Positions 25,901 through 39,937 of a stretch of 64,000 nucleotides of DNA are shown here, in pieces. Numbering within the stretch: the stretch's first letter is position 1; each line of letters starts with the position of its first letter. The DNA is from Eledone cirrhosa. Lineage: Eukaryota. A program made the position numbers and the translations under genes. Below the pieces are notes generated by a model. That model saw only the letters and a list, made by a program, of their open reading frames with translations, searched no databases and had not been told where the DNA came from. Where the stretch lies: assembly GCA_964016885.1 (NCBI GenBank), contig OZ024743.1:240002001-240066000 (forward strand), in the 5' to 3' direction.

Positions 25901-27050
25901 GGGAAGGAAGAGGGCAGAGGAGGGCATGACGGCTGACAGAGCCTGGATGCGGCATGGTGAGGCATGACGATCAGTGGGACGACGGCGTGCAGGGAAGGGA
26001 GAGGGCAGGACTTGATGGTGTCAGGGATGTAGCTTGGTTAGGCATGGCAGTCTTGAAGGAGCACGGCGGGCAGACAAAAGAAAGGGCTGAGGAGGGAATG
26101 GTGGCCGACAGGGCAGTAATGCGGCATGGTGAGGCATGACGATGCAGTGGGACGACAGCGTGCAGGGAAGGGAGAGGCAGGGGTTGACGGTGGCAGGGAT
26201 GCGGCTTGGTCAGGCATGGAAGTCTTGAGCTCTCCCGGAGTGTAGGCAATGAAAATGGGCAGGGGTGGACGGTGGCAGGGATTCGGCATATTGAGCCGTG
26301 GCAGTCCTTAGGGACCACGGAGGGCAGGCAATGGAAAGGGCCGGGGAATGAATTGCGACTGACAAGGTGATGCACAACGATGCAGTGGGTCGACGGCGTG
26401 CAGGGAAGTGAGAGGGCAGAGGTTGACGGATGCCTCATTATGCTACGGTAGTGGGACCACGGGAATGAAAAGAGCGCATGTAGGCTCGATGATCGCTTGA
26501 GAAGACTGGGCGTAATACACGATGATAGTCCTTATATAAGAAATGGAAGAATCGGCATAAAAGGTTTGCTGAATATGGTGAGCGTTAATTTAAAGAGACT
26601 TACGGTGGATAATCCTGATAGATTGAACGTTTTTTGCATGGCGGGAGTCGCGACAAATGGAAGCAATAAGAATGGCATTTTTCGGTTGCCGGATTTTTGC
26701 CTCAGGGGGTTCGATTGATCCCCGCATCAAAATACATACCTACGTCAAATTTCATTGGAATCGGACAAATTTCGTAAATATCGATTTTTCGAACATTTAA
26801 CGTTCATCCCCGGATCAAAGTACACACTTGCATCGAGTTTCATCGAAATCGGACGATTTTTGAAAATATCGATATTTGGCTTCTGGGGATCCGATTATCG
26901 ATTTTTCGAAAATTTCAAGTCGCCTATTCCAATCTACGGGTCGAGTTTTATATATGTGTCAAGTTTCATGAAAATCGGATTAACGGTGTAGCCTGCAAGT
27001 TCGGGACACCAAACAAACAAACAAGGCCCAACTTCACTTTATATATAAGA
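22926..27050 (-). mobile_element. 4.1-kb non-autonomous Helitron with GC-rich internal repeats
   Basis: - strand starts A|TCTTATATATA and ends with hairpin cccgggcaatgccggg followed by CTAG|T, i.e. canonical Helitron termini. Confidence 0.78.
24690..26435. repeat. GC-rich nested tandem repeats
   Basis: Recurrent ggctgacag.gcatggatgcggcat..tgaggcatgacgatgcagtggg..gacggcgtgcagggaagggagagggcag units. Confidence 0.9.
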
Positions 27051-27458
27051 TATGTATATATAATATATATATATATTATATATGTATAAATGAAAGAAGA
27101 AATTATTGTGAGCGTGAAGCCAACAGTATTTCATAATATATATAAGTGACTATAACGTCAAAATGGAAAAATAGTTAACGTAAGATGTGGGAAAATAATT
27201 CAAACTCAATTAAAAAAAAATCAAGACATTGACTTATCCACAGAATTTTGTGAAATCCAGGGAAAAATCAATAGAGCCTTAATTCAGAATAAAATAAAGT
27301 CTAAATACTCATCCTACAATTTGGAAAAACTACAAATGCTCTGTATAGTCATAAAAAGACTATTTCACAAAACTTTCAGAGGGGATGGTCACGGTTGGAA
27401 TCGATCGTCAGCAGAGCTCAAAATATGGCAACATGACCCTCCGAAAGTATAACAATAT

Positions 27459-27491
<33 letters not shown>

Positions 27492-27949
27492 TTGTATGTA
27501 TGTATGTGTATATATATATAAATGTATGTATACAGAGAGAGAGAAGGAGCAAGAGGAAGAGAAAGAGAGAGGGGGGAAGAGATATGTATGTGTGTGCGTA
27601 TGAGTGTATGTATGTGTGTTCGTGCGCGAGCTTTTGTATCAGAAACAGGTCGATGAGTGAGAAAGGGAAAAAAATAAACGAAGAAAATCAAAAAAGACAT
27701 GTAGATATTGAATACACAGCTCAGTACATCACTCTGCGGCATCATTGATACTCTTATAATGACATCAGTCATACTTATGTTACAAGCCGTCGGGAGTCAA
27801 CGATTTGTTTGACTGTTGGGTTTTTCGGCAAATTGACCTTAATTGAAATGACCGCTCACGTGTGAGAATAAATGTCACTGAAAACACACTTCGCACTTAC
27901 TGCACTAAGTATGTATACATAAGATTGCTCACGTGCTTACATACATAGA

Positions 27950-28462
27950 CAGTGTACCCCCGGCATTCGCGCTCCCGATATTCTCGGAATTTTATTCGCT
28001 GAATTTTGCTTAGAACCTGCGGATTTGTAAATATCTCCCGCGACTTTTTATGGCTTTTTTCATGGCGAAATATATATATAAATATATTTAACACTAAATC
28101 CTTAATAACAATATACAGTATTTACCGGCATATTCAACTCCCATTGGCAAGGCCGTGGATTGGCAGTATCGGTAGAGGGTTAGACACCATGCTTTGCAGC
28201 AGAGAGTTATGGCCCTTTATGGTCTGAGTTAAAATCCCGCCGAGGTTAACTTTGCCTTTCATCCTTACGAGGTCGATAAAAGAAAGCACCAGTAATACAC
28301 TGGGATAATTTCTGGGCTTGTGCCAAAAGTAGAAACAATTATATTTTACGTTATATTTTGAGGTTTATAGGGATTTCTATGGACGACGTCCGATATTCAC
28401 GATTTTTCACTCTTCGTGGGCATTGTAGGAACGTAACACCCGCGAATAACGGGGGATAATAG
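27950..28462. mobile_element. Possible pogo/Tigger-like MITE interrupted by a SINE
   Basis: cagtgtacccccggcattcgcg and cgcgaataacggggg form imperfect inverted ends. Confidence 0.45.
28150..28342 (+). mobile_element. tRNA-derived Meta-type SINE
   Basis: A/B-box-like head (gagttaaaatcccgcc), core gttaactttgcctttcatccttacgaggtcgataaa, tail cttgtgccaaaagtagaaacaatta; - strand copies at 45517-45705, 56205-56610, 60438-60490. Confidence 0.8.
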
Positions 28463-28586
28463 AATGCAAATCTAAATGCTATTTAAGGCACAATCCAGTG
28501 CCCCTGCCCTGCATTTTAGAGTATTTATATATATGTGTGTGTGGGTGTGTGTGTGCGCACGTATGTACATATATATATATATATAT

Positions 28587-29055
28587 AAAATGAAGAATTA
28601 GAAATAGAAGTTAGGACTATCCATCATCAGTTGTCTACTAGGCATCATAGGTATTTCTTCGCATTACAGACAATATACCTCGCCCTAGGGCGATACAATA
28701 ACTAAAATAAGTTATTGGTATAAAAAGAGTTGGGTGGAGAAAGAGAGAGACACGAATGGTGAGGGAGGCAACGTAAAGAGAGGAACATATGAAAAAATCA
28801 AGTCAATAATTCATTTCGAACATAAGAACAGGCGAATATTGACGAGGAGAACAAAGACACATCTTAACCGCACGGGTGTGAGTGAGAAGAAAGATCGCGT
28901 ATGGTGTGGGTCGATGTAGGAAGTGAGAGAGAGGGTGAGTAGCAGAGAGTAAGTGAGTGAAAGTGCGAGGAAGAGGCTAACCGAGAGAGGGTGACTAGCA
29001 GAGGGGATACGTATACAGAGAGAGAGAGAGACAGAGAGGGAGAGGGAGAGAGGGA

Positions 29056-29090
<35 letters not shown>
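28587..29090 (-). mobile_element. Diverged member of the retrozyme-like family
   Basis: Same layout as 29539-30336 (CT-rich body, ataactt..tttagttatt hairpin, then ribozyme motif). Confidence 0.7.
28619..28688 (-). ncRNA. Permuted/pseudoknotted hammerhead-like ribozyme (most diverged copy)
   Basis: CTAGG-gcga-GGTAT-A-TTGTCT-gtaatgcgaa-GAA-ATACC-tat-ga-tg-CCTAG-t-AGACAA-CTGATGA-tggat. Confidence 0.7.
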
Positions 29091-29094
<4 letters not shown>

Positions 29095-29494
29095 AAATAT
29101 AAATATATACACACACATTCATATTCATGTATACATGCAGACATAAATAGCCGCCGTCGGAGTAATGTTACTCGGTAGAGTGCGTAGCTGGTAGATTAGA
29201 GAGTCGCTCCAGGTGGAACCGCTACTTCTCCGATATTATGGATATGTTGTTAGAATATCTCATGAAAAAGAAAAAACGCTGGACAGATTTTACGGGTAAA
29301 ACCAACCAGTAGGAGATCCAGGGGTAGACCCCGAGCAACAGGATTGGCAACTTCTTTTTCCGTCTTTTAAGGGTCTTTAACCTATTTAATAAGGTATCTT
29401 TATAGCATTTCTGCCCTTGAGCACTTTCTTTATACTTACATATATATATATTCTCAGCGCTTCAATAGCCGAAAACTCGGCTTCGTACAATGTT

Positions 29495-29541
<47 letters not shown>

Positions 29542-29693
29542 AAGCGCTCATATATTCACCTAGCTTATGCTAACAGAATAACTATGAAGCTTGTTCCCTT
29601 CCTTCTACGGTTAGCTCTCCTCTTTGTTGTTATCTTGTCTCACTCGCTTTACGCGTTTTAATTGTCCTAATAACTTAATTTAGTTATTATGCA

Positions 29694-29763
29694 CCGACGT
29701 GAGGTATATGATTTTTAATGCAATGAAATATCTATGATCGTCGGCAAATCACTGATGAGGGAC
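29694..29763 (+). ncRNA. Permuted/pseudoknotted hammerhead-like ribozyme
   Basis: CCGACG-tga-GGTAT-A-TGATTT-ttaatgcaat-GAA-ATATC-tat-ga-t-CGTCGG-c-AAATCA-CTGATGA-gggac. Confidence 0.7.
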
Positions 29764-30207
29764 TTATTTTATTACATGTTATCCATGTGCAACCTGCAGT
29801 ATTCTTCTCCCCATTTTTTCACATATATTTACCTAAACTGCGATTCTGTTTTTTTCTCTCTCTCTCTCTTACTGCTCCCTCGTTCTCTCTGTTTCTCCTA
29901 CTTTCTTTCGCCCCCTCTGTCATGTCAGTTAACTCTTCCTCACACTTCCACTCACTCACTCACTGTTTCTCCTCTTCTCACTTCACCCCGTTCGCGACGA
30001 AAACATTTTCTCTCTTTCTCACATTTGAATTCGTTCCCGAAAGGTCTTTTTTCTAAGCGCTCATATATTCACCTAGCTTATGCTAACAGAATAACTATGA
30101 AGCTTGTTCCCTTCCTTCTACGGTTAGCTCTCCTCTTTGTTGTTATCTTGTCTCACTCGCTTTACGCGTTTTAATTGTCCTAATAACTTAATTTAGTTAT
30201 TATTGCA

Positions 30208-30277
30208 CCGAGGTGAGGTATATGATTTTTAATGCAATGAAATATCTATGATCGTCGGCAAATCACTGATGAGGGAC
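30208..30277 (+). ncRNA. Permuted/pseudoknotted hammerhead-like ribozyme (second repeat)
   Basis: Same as 29694 with one mismatch in the extra helix (CCGAGG). Confidence 0.65.
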
Positions 30278-30352
30278 TTATTTTATTACATGTTATCCAT
30301 GTGCAACCTGCAGTATTCTTCTCCCCATTTTTTCATATATATATATATATAT

Positions 30353-31150
30353 ATATTGTTATACTTTGGGTGGGTCATGTTGCCAAAAACCCACTGTACT
30401 AATAGGACATGTATTATATGTAAAGTAAACTCCCGGATAAACTGTAAAACTAGAAACGTAGTCTATAGCATAAGATGTACAGAGGGTACTTGCAGAAACA
30501 TAACAACAACATACATAGGCCAGACAGCTCGTAGCATAGGTGAAAGGAAAGACCAACACTGGGGCGAATAAAGGACGAAAAAACGGTTCAGTACTATACG
30601 AACATGCCAGACAACAACATAACGGTAACATAGATAACATAGAAATTAAAATAATATCTAAACATAGAAATGACCCAGCAGATATGCAAATCAGAGAGGT
30701 AAGTGAAATAGAACTTAGAAGGCCAAAGCTAAACAGAAAAAATTAATGGAATAACGACACCCAAACAAACGATACTGACTTAAGAGAAATATAAATAAAT
30801 AAATAAAGAAAGAAAGAAATAAACAGATTAAATAAAGCTGGCGTAAAAATACTATACAACAGGAGGAACATAATAACTGACGATGTTGCAGATGTGCAAC
30901 GAAAGAACTTTGTTAGACTATATATATGTGTTTATATCTATATTATATCTGTATTTTTGACCGTTGGTCAGTCAATGGTAAACATTGAGGACCGAATAAA
31001 TTAACTGTTATAAAAGATACAGAAGCGAAAACCAACCAAACAGTGAGTGTGTTCTGTTATTAATTCTGGCAATATTATTACAACAATATGACCCTTCCCA
31101 AGTATAACAATATTTGTTTGGACACACGATTTCATATCAAAAACCTCGCA
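30353..31150 (+). mobile_element. 5'-truncated PLE (GIY-YIG and 3' UTR), sister of the 37-38.8 kb copy
   Basis: C..RTCIIC..NVVYSIRC..YIGQTARSIGER; 30353-30382 is an inverted copy of 31084-31113. Confidence 0.88.
30871..30915 (+). ncRNA. Type I HHR in PLE 3' region
   Basis: CTGACGA-t-GTTGCA gatg TGCAAC-GAAA-gaac-TT-tgtta; mutated homologue at 38557-38603. Confidence 0.65.
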
Positions 31151-31167
31151 AAATAAATTAATCGCCG

Positions 31168-31283
<116 letters not shown>

Positions 31284-31446
31284 ATATGAGAATGTTACCG
31301 TTCTCTCTACCTAAACACCGCCACTATCTGCTATTAACTAAATGTATGCAATCTGAACGGCTGATTGCAACTACATTACTGCAATTTAGCAGATTCATTG
31401 GGATGCTGGTCGGGGTCCGTGGAATCAATACCAGCGATCTTTGTTA

Positions 31447-31481
<35 letters not shown>

Positions 31482-31483
<2 letters not shown>

Positions 31484-31712
31484 TTAAAATAACAGATTAA
31501 AGTTTAAGCAAATAATCGCTGCTTTCACCCTTAACGGGATCTTCTGAAACGTTTCAGAAGATCCCGTTAAGGGCGAAAGTAGCGATTCTTTGCTTAAACT
31601 TTAATCTGTTATTTTAATAAATATTTGCTCTACGGTTCTTATATATTTGATATATATTTATCCTTATCGAGCCCTCTTTGGATTTTAGTCTTCAAATTTA
31701 TTATTATTACTA
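31482..31712. mobile_element. Family B pLTR palindrome (head-to-head)
   Basis: Fold-back centred on ctgaaac|gtttcag (31550/31551). Confidence 0.8.
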
Positions 31713-31745
31713 TATTGCAGTTGCAATATATATATATATATATAT

Positions 31746-33030
31746 TGCAACTGCCCCACCGAGATAATTTCTGAATATTTAGACACCATCCTCGCCCCGT
31801 TCGTCGGCAATCTCCCCTCCCACATCCACGATACAAATCATGCCCTTAGATTTTTCAACTCTTTCTCCTTCCCTCCTGGTCCCTCCCGCCTTCTCTTTAC
31901 CTTGGACATCACTTCTCTCTATACCGTGATCCCTCATGATGACGGCCTCCGCGCACTCCACCATTTTTTAGATTTACGCCCTACCCCTTACCCCAGCACT
32001 ACCACTCTTCTCCGTCTGGCTAAGCTTGTTCTCCCCCTTAATGGATTTTCTTTTTCGGGTAAATTTTACCAGCAGGTCTCTGGGGTAGCGATGGGAACCA
32101 GAATGGGTCCAAACTATACCAACTTGTTTGTTGGCTACGTCGAAGCCCAAATCTTCTCCCAGTACGCTGGACCGACTCCTGAGCTATACGGTCGTTATAT
32201 CGACGACTGTATCGGCACCACCTCTCTATCACGAGAACAGCTCGACTGTTTTCTTTCTTTTGTCCAATCTTTCCAACCTGCTCTCAATTTCACCGCCTCC
32301 GTCTCCGATTCTTCTGTCGCTTTTCTAGATATCTCTCTATCTATTAATCACTCTCACCACACCCTCTCTACTTCCATCTACATTAAACCAACAGACTCCC
32401 AATCTTATCTCGACTTCACCTCCTCCCATCCAACCCACACCAAACACTCCATAGCCTATTCCCAATTCCTTCGTCTTCGTCGACTCTGTAGCCAGGACGA
32501 CGATTTTGAAACCCATTCCCTTCGCATGGCTTCCTGCTTCATCCAGCGTGGATATCCCCCCACCTTGTTCCAAGCTGCTCTCACCCGCGCCCGTGAAACA
32601 GACTGCACCACAGCCCTCTCACATCAGCCCGCCCTCCCAACACCCGTGTTCCTTTCCCTCTCACCTACCACCCCATTACCCTACCCCTCCCTGCGACAAA
32701 TCCTCCGTTCCTTCCGTATCCTCTCTTCTGACCCGTCACTTCTCGCTTTTTTCCAAACCCACCCATTACTGCTTTTAAGCGCGCCCGCAACCTCCGCGAC
32801 ATCCTGGTTCGCAGTTCTTTTTCGTCCTCTCCCATGACTCCCTCCGGCTCTCATCCTTGTTCCCGTTACCGCTGCAACACTTGCCTCTTTATTTCCACCC
32901 TCACCACTCTTACAGGCCCTAATGGGTCTTTCCGTATCCGCCATTCCTTCACCTGCACATCCACCCACGTTGTCTATGCCCTCCGGTGTTCCCTTTGCGG
33001 GTCTTTATATATCGGACAAATCGCTTTCTC
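31746..33030 (+). mobile_element. PLE RT plus start of GIY-YIG, frameshifted
   Basis: DITSLYT, YQQVSGVAMGTRMGP, RYIDD, FLD, SIAYSQFLRLRRLCS; CSRYRCNTC..FTCTSTHVVYALRC..LYIGQ. Confidence 0.93.
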
Positions 33031-33190
33031 TTGATCCTTAGCAACTTCTCTTACTACTAATACATGCCGATACACACCCTTATATTAACATACTTTTGCT
33101 CATAGCTTCGTACTTACATGCACACACACTCTTTTACTCACATATACACACACATACATTTCTTCTTAGCTTCGTACGGACCTATAATAA

Positions 33191-33242
<52 letters not shown>

Positions 33243-33358
33243 CACATGCTAACACATGCTAACACATGCTAACACATGCTAAACGCACGTGCTCAAGTAT
33301 AGCTCTTTTTACAACAAGTTTTTTTTTTCCTTTTCAGGTAGACGCACGCCATCATCCA

Positions 33359-33545
33359 AGACTAAAATCCAAAGAGGGCTCGATAAGGATAAATATATAT
33401 CAAATATATAAGAACCGTAGAGCAAATATTTATTAAAATAACAGATTAAAGTTTAAGCAAAGAATCGCTGCTTTCACCCTTAACGGGATCTCGTTAAGGG
33501 TGAAAGCAGCGATTCTTTGCTTAAACTTTAATCCGTTATTTAAAT
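33359..33545 (-). mobile_element. Family B pLTR with short fold-back
   Basis: Reverse complement of 31561-31690; inverted at about 33490. Confidence 0.75.
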
Positions 33546-33568
33546 TAGTATATATATTTGTATATATT

Positions 33569-34722
<1,154 letters not shown>

Positions 34723-34733
34723 CACACATATAC

Positions 34734-34839
<106 letters not shown>

Positions 34840-35764
34840 GGAATTTTACATCGTCATCAACATTAGTCGATACATCTGGAATGGTGTGAGGAACACGAAC
34901 ATAAGCGGGAAAAAATGGTTTTCTCAGAGTGGCTATTTTTAAATTCGATTTTAAAAATCTTTATAGTGAATTCATTGACAATGCGCAAAAATCGGACAGA
35001 GACGAACGAGAACAAATATCCGAAGATGGCGCCCACACACATTATTAGCTATTTGAAAAGATGATGGATTTCGCAACTGACTGCACCAGGGTTCCTGTTC
35101 CTCAGGGAACCGCACTATATGGGGGACAGGGAGTTCTGGGGCATGAGAGTGAGATCCATCATCTCGACAGTAGTCGAAGAATGATGATGATGATGATATA
35201 TATATATATCTGAAGCGTCCAAACTGACACTCTTCCGCTCAGAAAATAAAGTTTTCACTCTAGCTACAAGTATCGAGTGCTTATTCAGTATAATGTTTGA
35301 ATGTCTTAAGTACTATGATAGTTTAAATAACCATTGTAATTATATATGTACATAGACATACACACACATTATGAGAGAGAAAGATAGGAAGAGAGTAAGA
35401 AAGAGATATGGCTGTGTTTTGTGACACACCGGCCCTCATATCCGACAATGTCATTAAAGTCGATAAGCCCGATCCGACATTCAGTTTATCTCTCTATTAG
35501 AATTATAAAGAGCCGACACGTGGACTGCCACGGTCTACTGTTACTTTGCTTCCCTTCCTCCCACACACACACACAGCCTCACGTCGCCTTCGTCCCTTAT
35601 CTACACTGGCTATACATTCAGGCACGTGCTTCTACAATATCACTCGTTGAAATATGCATATGGTGGCAATAGCATTTCTATACAAAAGTTTACTCGGCAT
35701 ACAAAATCTCAAACTACTCACCACTCCGCCTTCATCTATCTCTGTTTTCCCTTACCTCCATTGC

Positions 35765-36306
35765 CTTGTCTCGCTCTTTCCTTCCCTTACCCACATCTCT
35801 CTCTCTCTCTCTCTCCCTCTCTCTCTCTCTCTCACACACACTGGAGCGAATACACACATATAAATGCAATATCACATACAAATATTCTTTTATTTCCATT
35901 TGTTTCAGTTATTAGTCTACGATCATACTGGGGCACCAACTTGATTAATTCGATCGTATTAGCACCAATACATATTGTTATCGATATTTTTGAGGGACAT
36001 AAACAGACATAAACAGACAGACACACGCACCCACATAGGACGGGCTTCTACAATTCCCCTCTCTCAAGTCATTGATCATAATATATATATATATTATAGA
36101 AGCCCGTCCTATGTGGGTGCGTGTGTCTGTCTGTTTATGTCTGTTTATGTCCCTCAAAAATATCGATAAAATATGTATTGGTGTTAATACGATCGAATTA
36201 ATCAAGTTGGTGCCCCAGTATGATCGTAGACTAATAACTGAAACAAATGGAAATAAAAGAATATATGTATGTGATATTGCATTTATATATGTGTGTATTC
36301 GCTCCA

Positions 36307-36337
<31 letters not shown>

Positions 36338-36378
36338 GGGTGTGGGTAAGGGAAGGAAAGAGCGAGACAGAGCAATGG
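35765..36378. repeat. Long inverted repeat (arms ~285 bp, spacer ~45 bp)
   Basis: 35765-36051 versus 36097-36378. Confidence 0.9.
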
Positions 36379-36400
36379 ATATATATATATATATATATAT

Positions 36401-36631
36401 AGGAACCAGTAAGACCCCGACGGCTGAGCTCAAGCCGTTTCGACGGCTAATTCTGGACTCAATATATATGGTGTTTTTATAAATGATATATATATAGTCC
36501 AGAATTAGCCGTCGAAACGGCTTGAGCTCAGCCGTCGGGTCTTACTGGTTCCTATTACCCACTCTACTACCCTAAGTATTGAGTACTTTGGTGCGTTATG
36601 GTCCACCTGGTTCCTTACCACATTTCCTTCG

Positions 36632-36703
<72 letters not shown>

Positions 36704-36900
36704 ATATATATAACGAAGGAAGAGTGGTAAGGAACCAGATGGACCATAACGCACCAGAGTACTCAATACCTAGGTTAGTAGAGTGGGTAATAGGAGATAG
36801 TGTTTAACCCCGACGGCAGAGGTCAAGCAGTTTCGACAGCTATTTCTGGACATAGGCGTCGAAACGGCTTGAGCTCTGCCGTTGGGGTTAAACACGTTCT

Positions 36901-36903
<3 letters not shown>
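36401..36903. mobile_element. Cluster of family A fragments in alternating orientation
   Basis: 36401-36459 (-), 36495-36635 (+), 36710-36851 (-), 36855-36903 (+). Confidence 0.75.
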
Positions 36904-36939
<36 letters not shown>

Positions 36940-37004
36940 TGTTTTTATAAATGATATATATATAGTATGTATATATATATATATATACATATCGGTGTCG
37001 GTCC

Positions 37005-38791
37005 CTAAAGGGCCACATATTCAAATTCAACGAGAAGATCTACACCCAAATTGAGAGACCAGCTATTGGCGTCAACATAGCTGGTGACGTTGCCAACCTT
37101 TTCATGGTATGGTGGGAAAGGAGACTCAAAGATCTCCTTGATGAGAGTTCCATAGACCTCATCATGTACTCTCGTTATGTAGACGACATTAATATAGTAA
37201 TAAGGACATCCCCACAAGAGAGTATTAACAAGTATGATTTAGAATGTAGCACAATGGAAAGCATCCAGCAGATAGCCAATTCCATACACCAGAGTATGAC
37301 TGTAACTATCGACTACCCTTCCAAACACCCTAACAATGGACTACCTGTATTAGACACGGAACTCTGGATTAACACCATAGACGAGAGAGCCCAAATTCTC
37401 CACTCACACTACGCTAAACCCATGGCCTTCAAATATCTGTTACTCAAAAACTCAGCAATGTCCAGTAGTGATAAGTTTAATATTCTGATCGCAGACTTGG
37501 TACGAGTGGTGAGGAACGTGTCCCACATGTGCGACCCAACAGAAATGGAAAGACACATCCAACACTTCATCAACTGCATGCAGTTCTCTGGCTACAACCA
37601 AAGAGACAGAATCAGAGTATACGAAGGAGCCACGGAGAAGTATAAGACCCTCATAGAACTGGACATGAAAGGAATTTGCCCATTATACAGGAGCAACTCT
37701 TGGAATAGCTTAGATAGGACTAAACATAAGATAGGGAAAGCCACCTCATGGTACTGCAACCAGAGATACCAGAGTGTTATATTCGTGGACGCTACCCCTG
37801 GAGGGAAATTAGCTAACCAGTGTAGAAAGGCCCTGAGAAAGACCCACCTAAAGATTAAGGTGATAGAAAAGCCAGGAAGCACCATCAAATCCCTGATCAG
37901 TAAAACATACCGTTTTAAGAAAACCTACTGTACTAATAGGAAATGTATTATATGTAAAGTAAACCCCCGGATAAACTATAAAACTAGAAACGTAGTCTAT
38001 ATTATAAGATGTACAGAGGGTACTTGCAGAAACATAACAACAACATACATAGGCGAGACAGCTCGCATCATAGGTGTAAAGATAGACCAACACTGGGGGG
38101 GAACTAAAAGGACGAATAAACGGTTCAGTACTATACGAACATGCCAGACAACAACACGACGGTAGCATAGACAACATAGAAATTAGAATAATATCTAAAC
38201 ATAGAAATGACCCAGCAGATATGCAAATCAGAGAGGCCAGTGAAATAGAACTTAGAAGGCCAAAGCTAAACAGAAAAAATTAATGGAATAACAACAACAC
38301 CCAAACAAACAATACTGACCTAAGAGAAATATAAATAAATAAATAAATATATACACAAGCACAATAACAACAAACACATATAAACACACACTAGTAAACT
38401 AAAATAGAATACAATAACCAAAACACAGTCACCCAAACGCGAACACACATCAAACACTATACGCAAACGCATGCGCAGAGAAGAAGACAAAAATAAATAA
38501 ATAAACAGATTAAATAAAGATGGCGTAGATATACAATACAACAGGAGGAAACATAATAGCACCACTGACGTTGTTGCAGATGTTCAACGAAAGAACTTTG
38601 TTAGACTATATATATGTGTTTGTGTCTATATTATATCTGTATTTTTGACCGTTGGTCAGTCAATGGTAAACATTGAGGACCGAATAAATTAACTGATATA
38701 AAGATACAGAAGCGAAAACCAACCAAACAGTGAGTGTGTTCTGCTATTAATTCTGGCAATATTATTACAACAATATGACCCTCCCCAAGTA

Positions 38792-38796
<5 letters not shown>
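37005..38796 (+). mobile_element. 5'-truncated PLE (RT, GIY-YIG, 3' UTR)
   Basis: IYTQ..AIGVNIAGDVANLFM, YSRYVDDI, LPVLD, MQFSGY, NVVYIIRC, YIGETAR. Confidence 0.92.
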
Positions 38797-38837
<41 letters not shown>

Positions 38838-39279
38838 TAAAAAGGAAAGGAAAATGCTGACAGATTTTTTCCAGTGAAAAATAGTTTAATTAGGAATAAA
38901 TATAAATTAGTAATAAGTAATGGTTAGTATTCAGTGTTAATTTTAACTTTTTTACCGGTTGCGCATTTCAAATGCTTTTCAAAAATAATTTTGAGATAGA
39001 GCGTTCGTGATTTTGCTGGTTGTTGAATGTCACGTGAATAAGCACTATAATTTTGATTGGTCGGTAGAAGTCACGTGAATGTTCAATAATAAAAGAGGTG
39101 AAATGACGTATAGTATTGTCATAACACCAAGGTGTGTGTGAGTGTGTCCAGATTGTACGTACTGCAAGGGAATCCATTAGGCCCTGCCGTATGGGATACT
39201 TGTAGATAGAAATATATGTAGGATGTATGTTGATATAGGTATGTATGTGGACGTGTGTATGTTGTGGGTTCGTCTTAGG

Positions 39280-39937
39280 GAGAAGTGTTTAGACGGGGTT
39301 CGTATTTGTTAATAAAGTGAGATTCCTTGCTGATGCGCTGGGTGTGGGTGGCATTATTTTTAAATTTGTGAGGGGAAAGATTCTAAAGTTGGGATGATTT
39401 TGGGCGGTACAGGTATCAATGTGTTCACTCAGCGGTATTTTTCTGTATTCCCGTATTTTGATTTTGGGATCTATGGACAGTCATGCGTTGGTGGATGCTT
39501 TTCTTAGTCTGGCCTATGTATTGTTTTCGACAACCTGAGCAAGTTAATACATATATTAGGTTTTCTGATGCGCATGTGAAATTGTGCTTTACTATAAAAC
39601 GTTGTCCCTGTTTGAAATAGAATTCCGAACCCTCTATTAGGTTGATGCATATGCCACAGTTGGGTCTATCGCATTTTTTTACTGTGGGTTTCGTTGTTGT
39701 CGTTGGTAGTACCCTGGCATTTTTCATTGACTTAGATTGTCTTTTGCTCTTTATGATATCGTGTGTTCGAAGGATTTGGTTCATTCTATGGTACTTCTGT
39801 AACTCAGAGATGTTCTGGAGGATGGTGTCAAATTGCCTCATTGTAGAGGGGGTTGTGTGTGGAGATGTATGGAAGAGCTTTTAGTGTCGGTTGATTTGCT
39901 TTTGGGTGTCTAAGTTCCTGGGTACTGAGTTTCCTCA
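39280..39937 (-). mobile_element. PLE GIY-YIG fragment
   Basis: KCDRPNCGIC..FTCASENLIYVLTCSGCRKQYIGQT..RMTVH. Confidence 0.9.

Larger units (their letters stand above)
29539..30336 (+). mobile_element. Retrozyme-like unit with ~285-bp direct repeats (period 514) in (TA)n
   Basis: 29539-29825 is repeated at 30052-30336. Confidence 0.85.

Noticed and set aside
24631-26438. Pro/Ser/Cys-rich ORFs in the GC-rich repeats, or a CRISPR-like array
   Set aside because: Several overlapping frames are open because of composition; repeats are degenerate, lack unique spacers and lie in eukaryotic context.
29694-29763. SECIS interpretation of the tandem G.A motif
   Set aside because: The bulge is on the 3' strand, the enclosed helix is only 5 bp and there is no linked ORF; a standard k-turn fits better.
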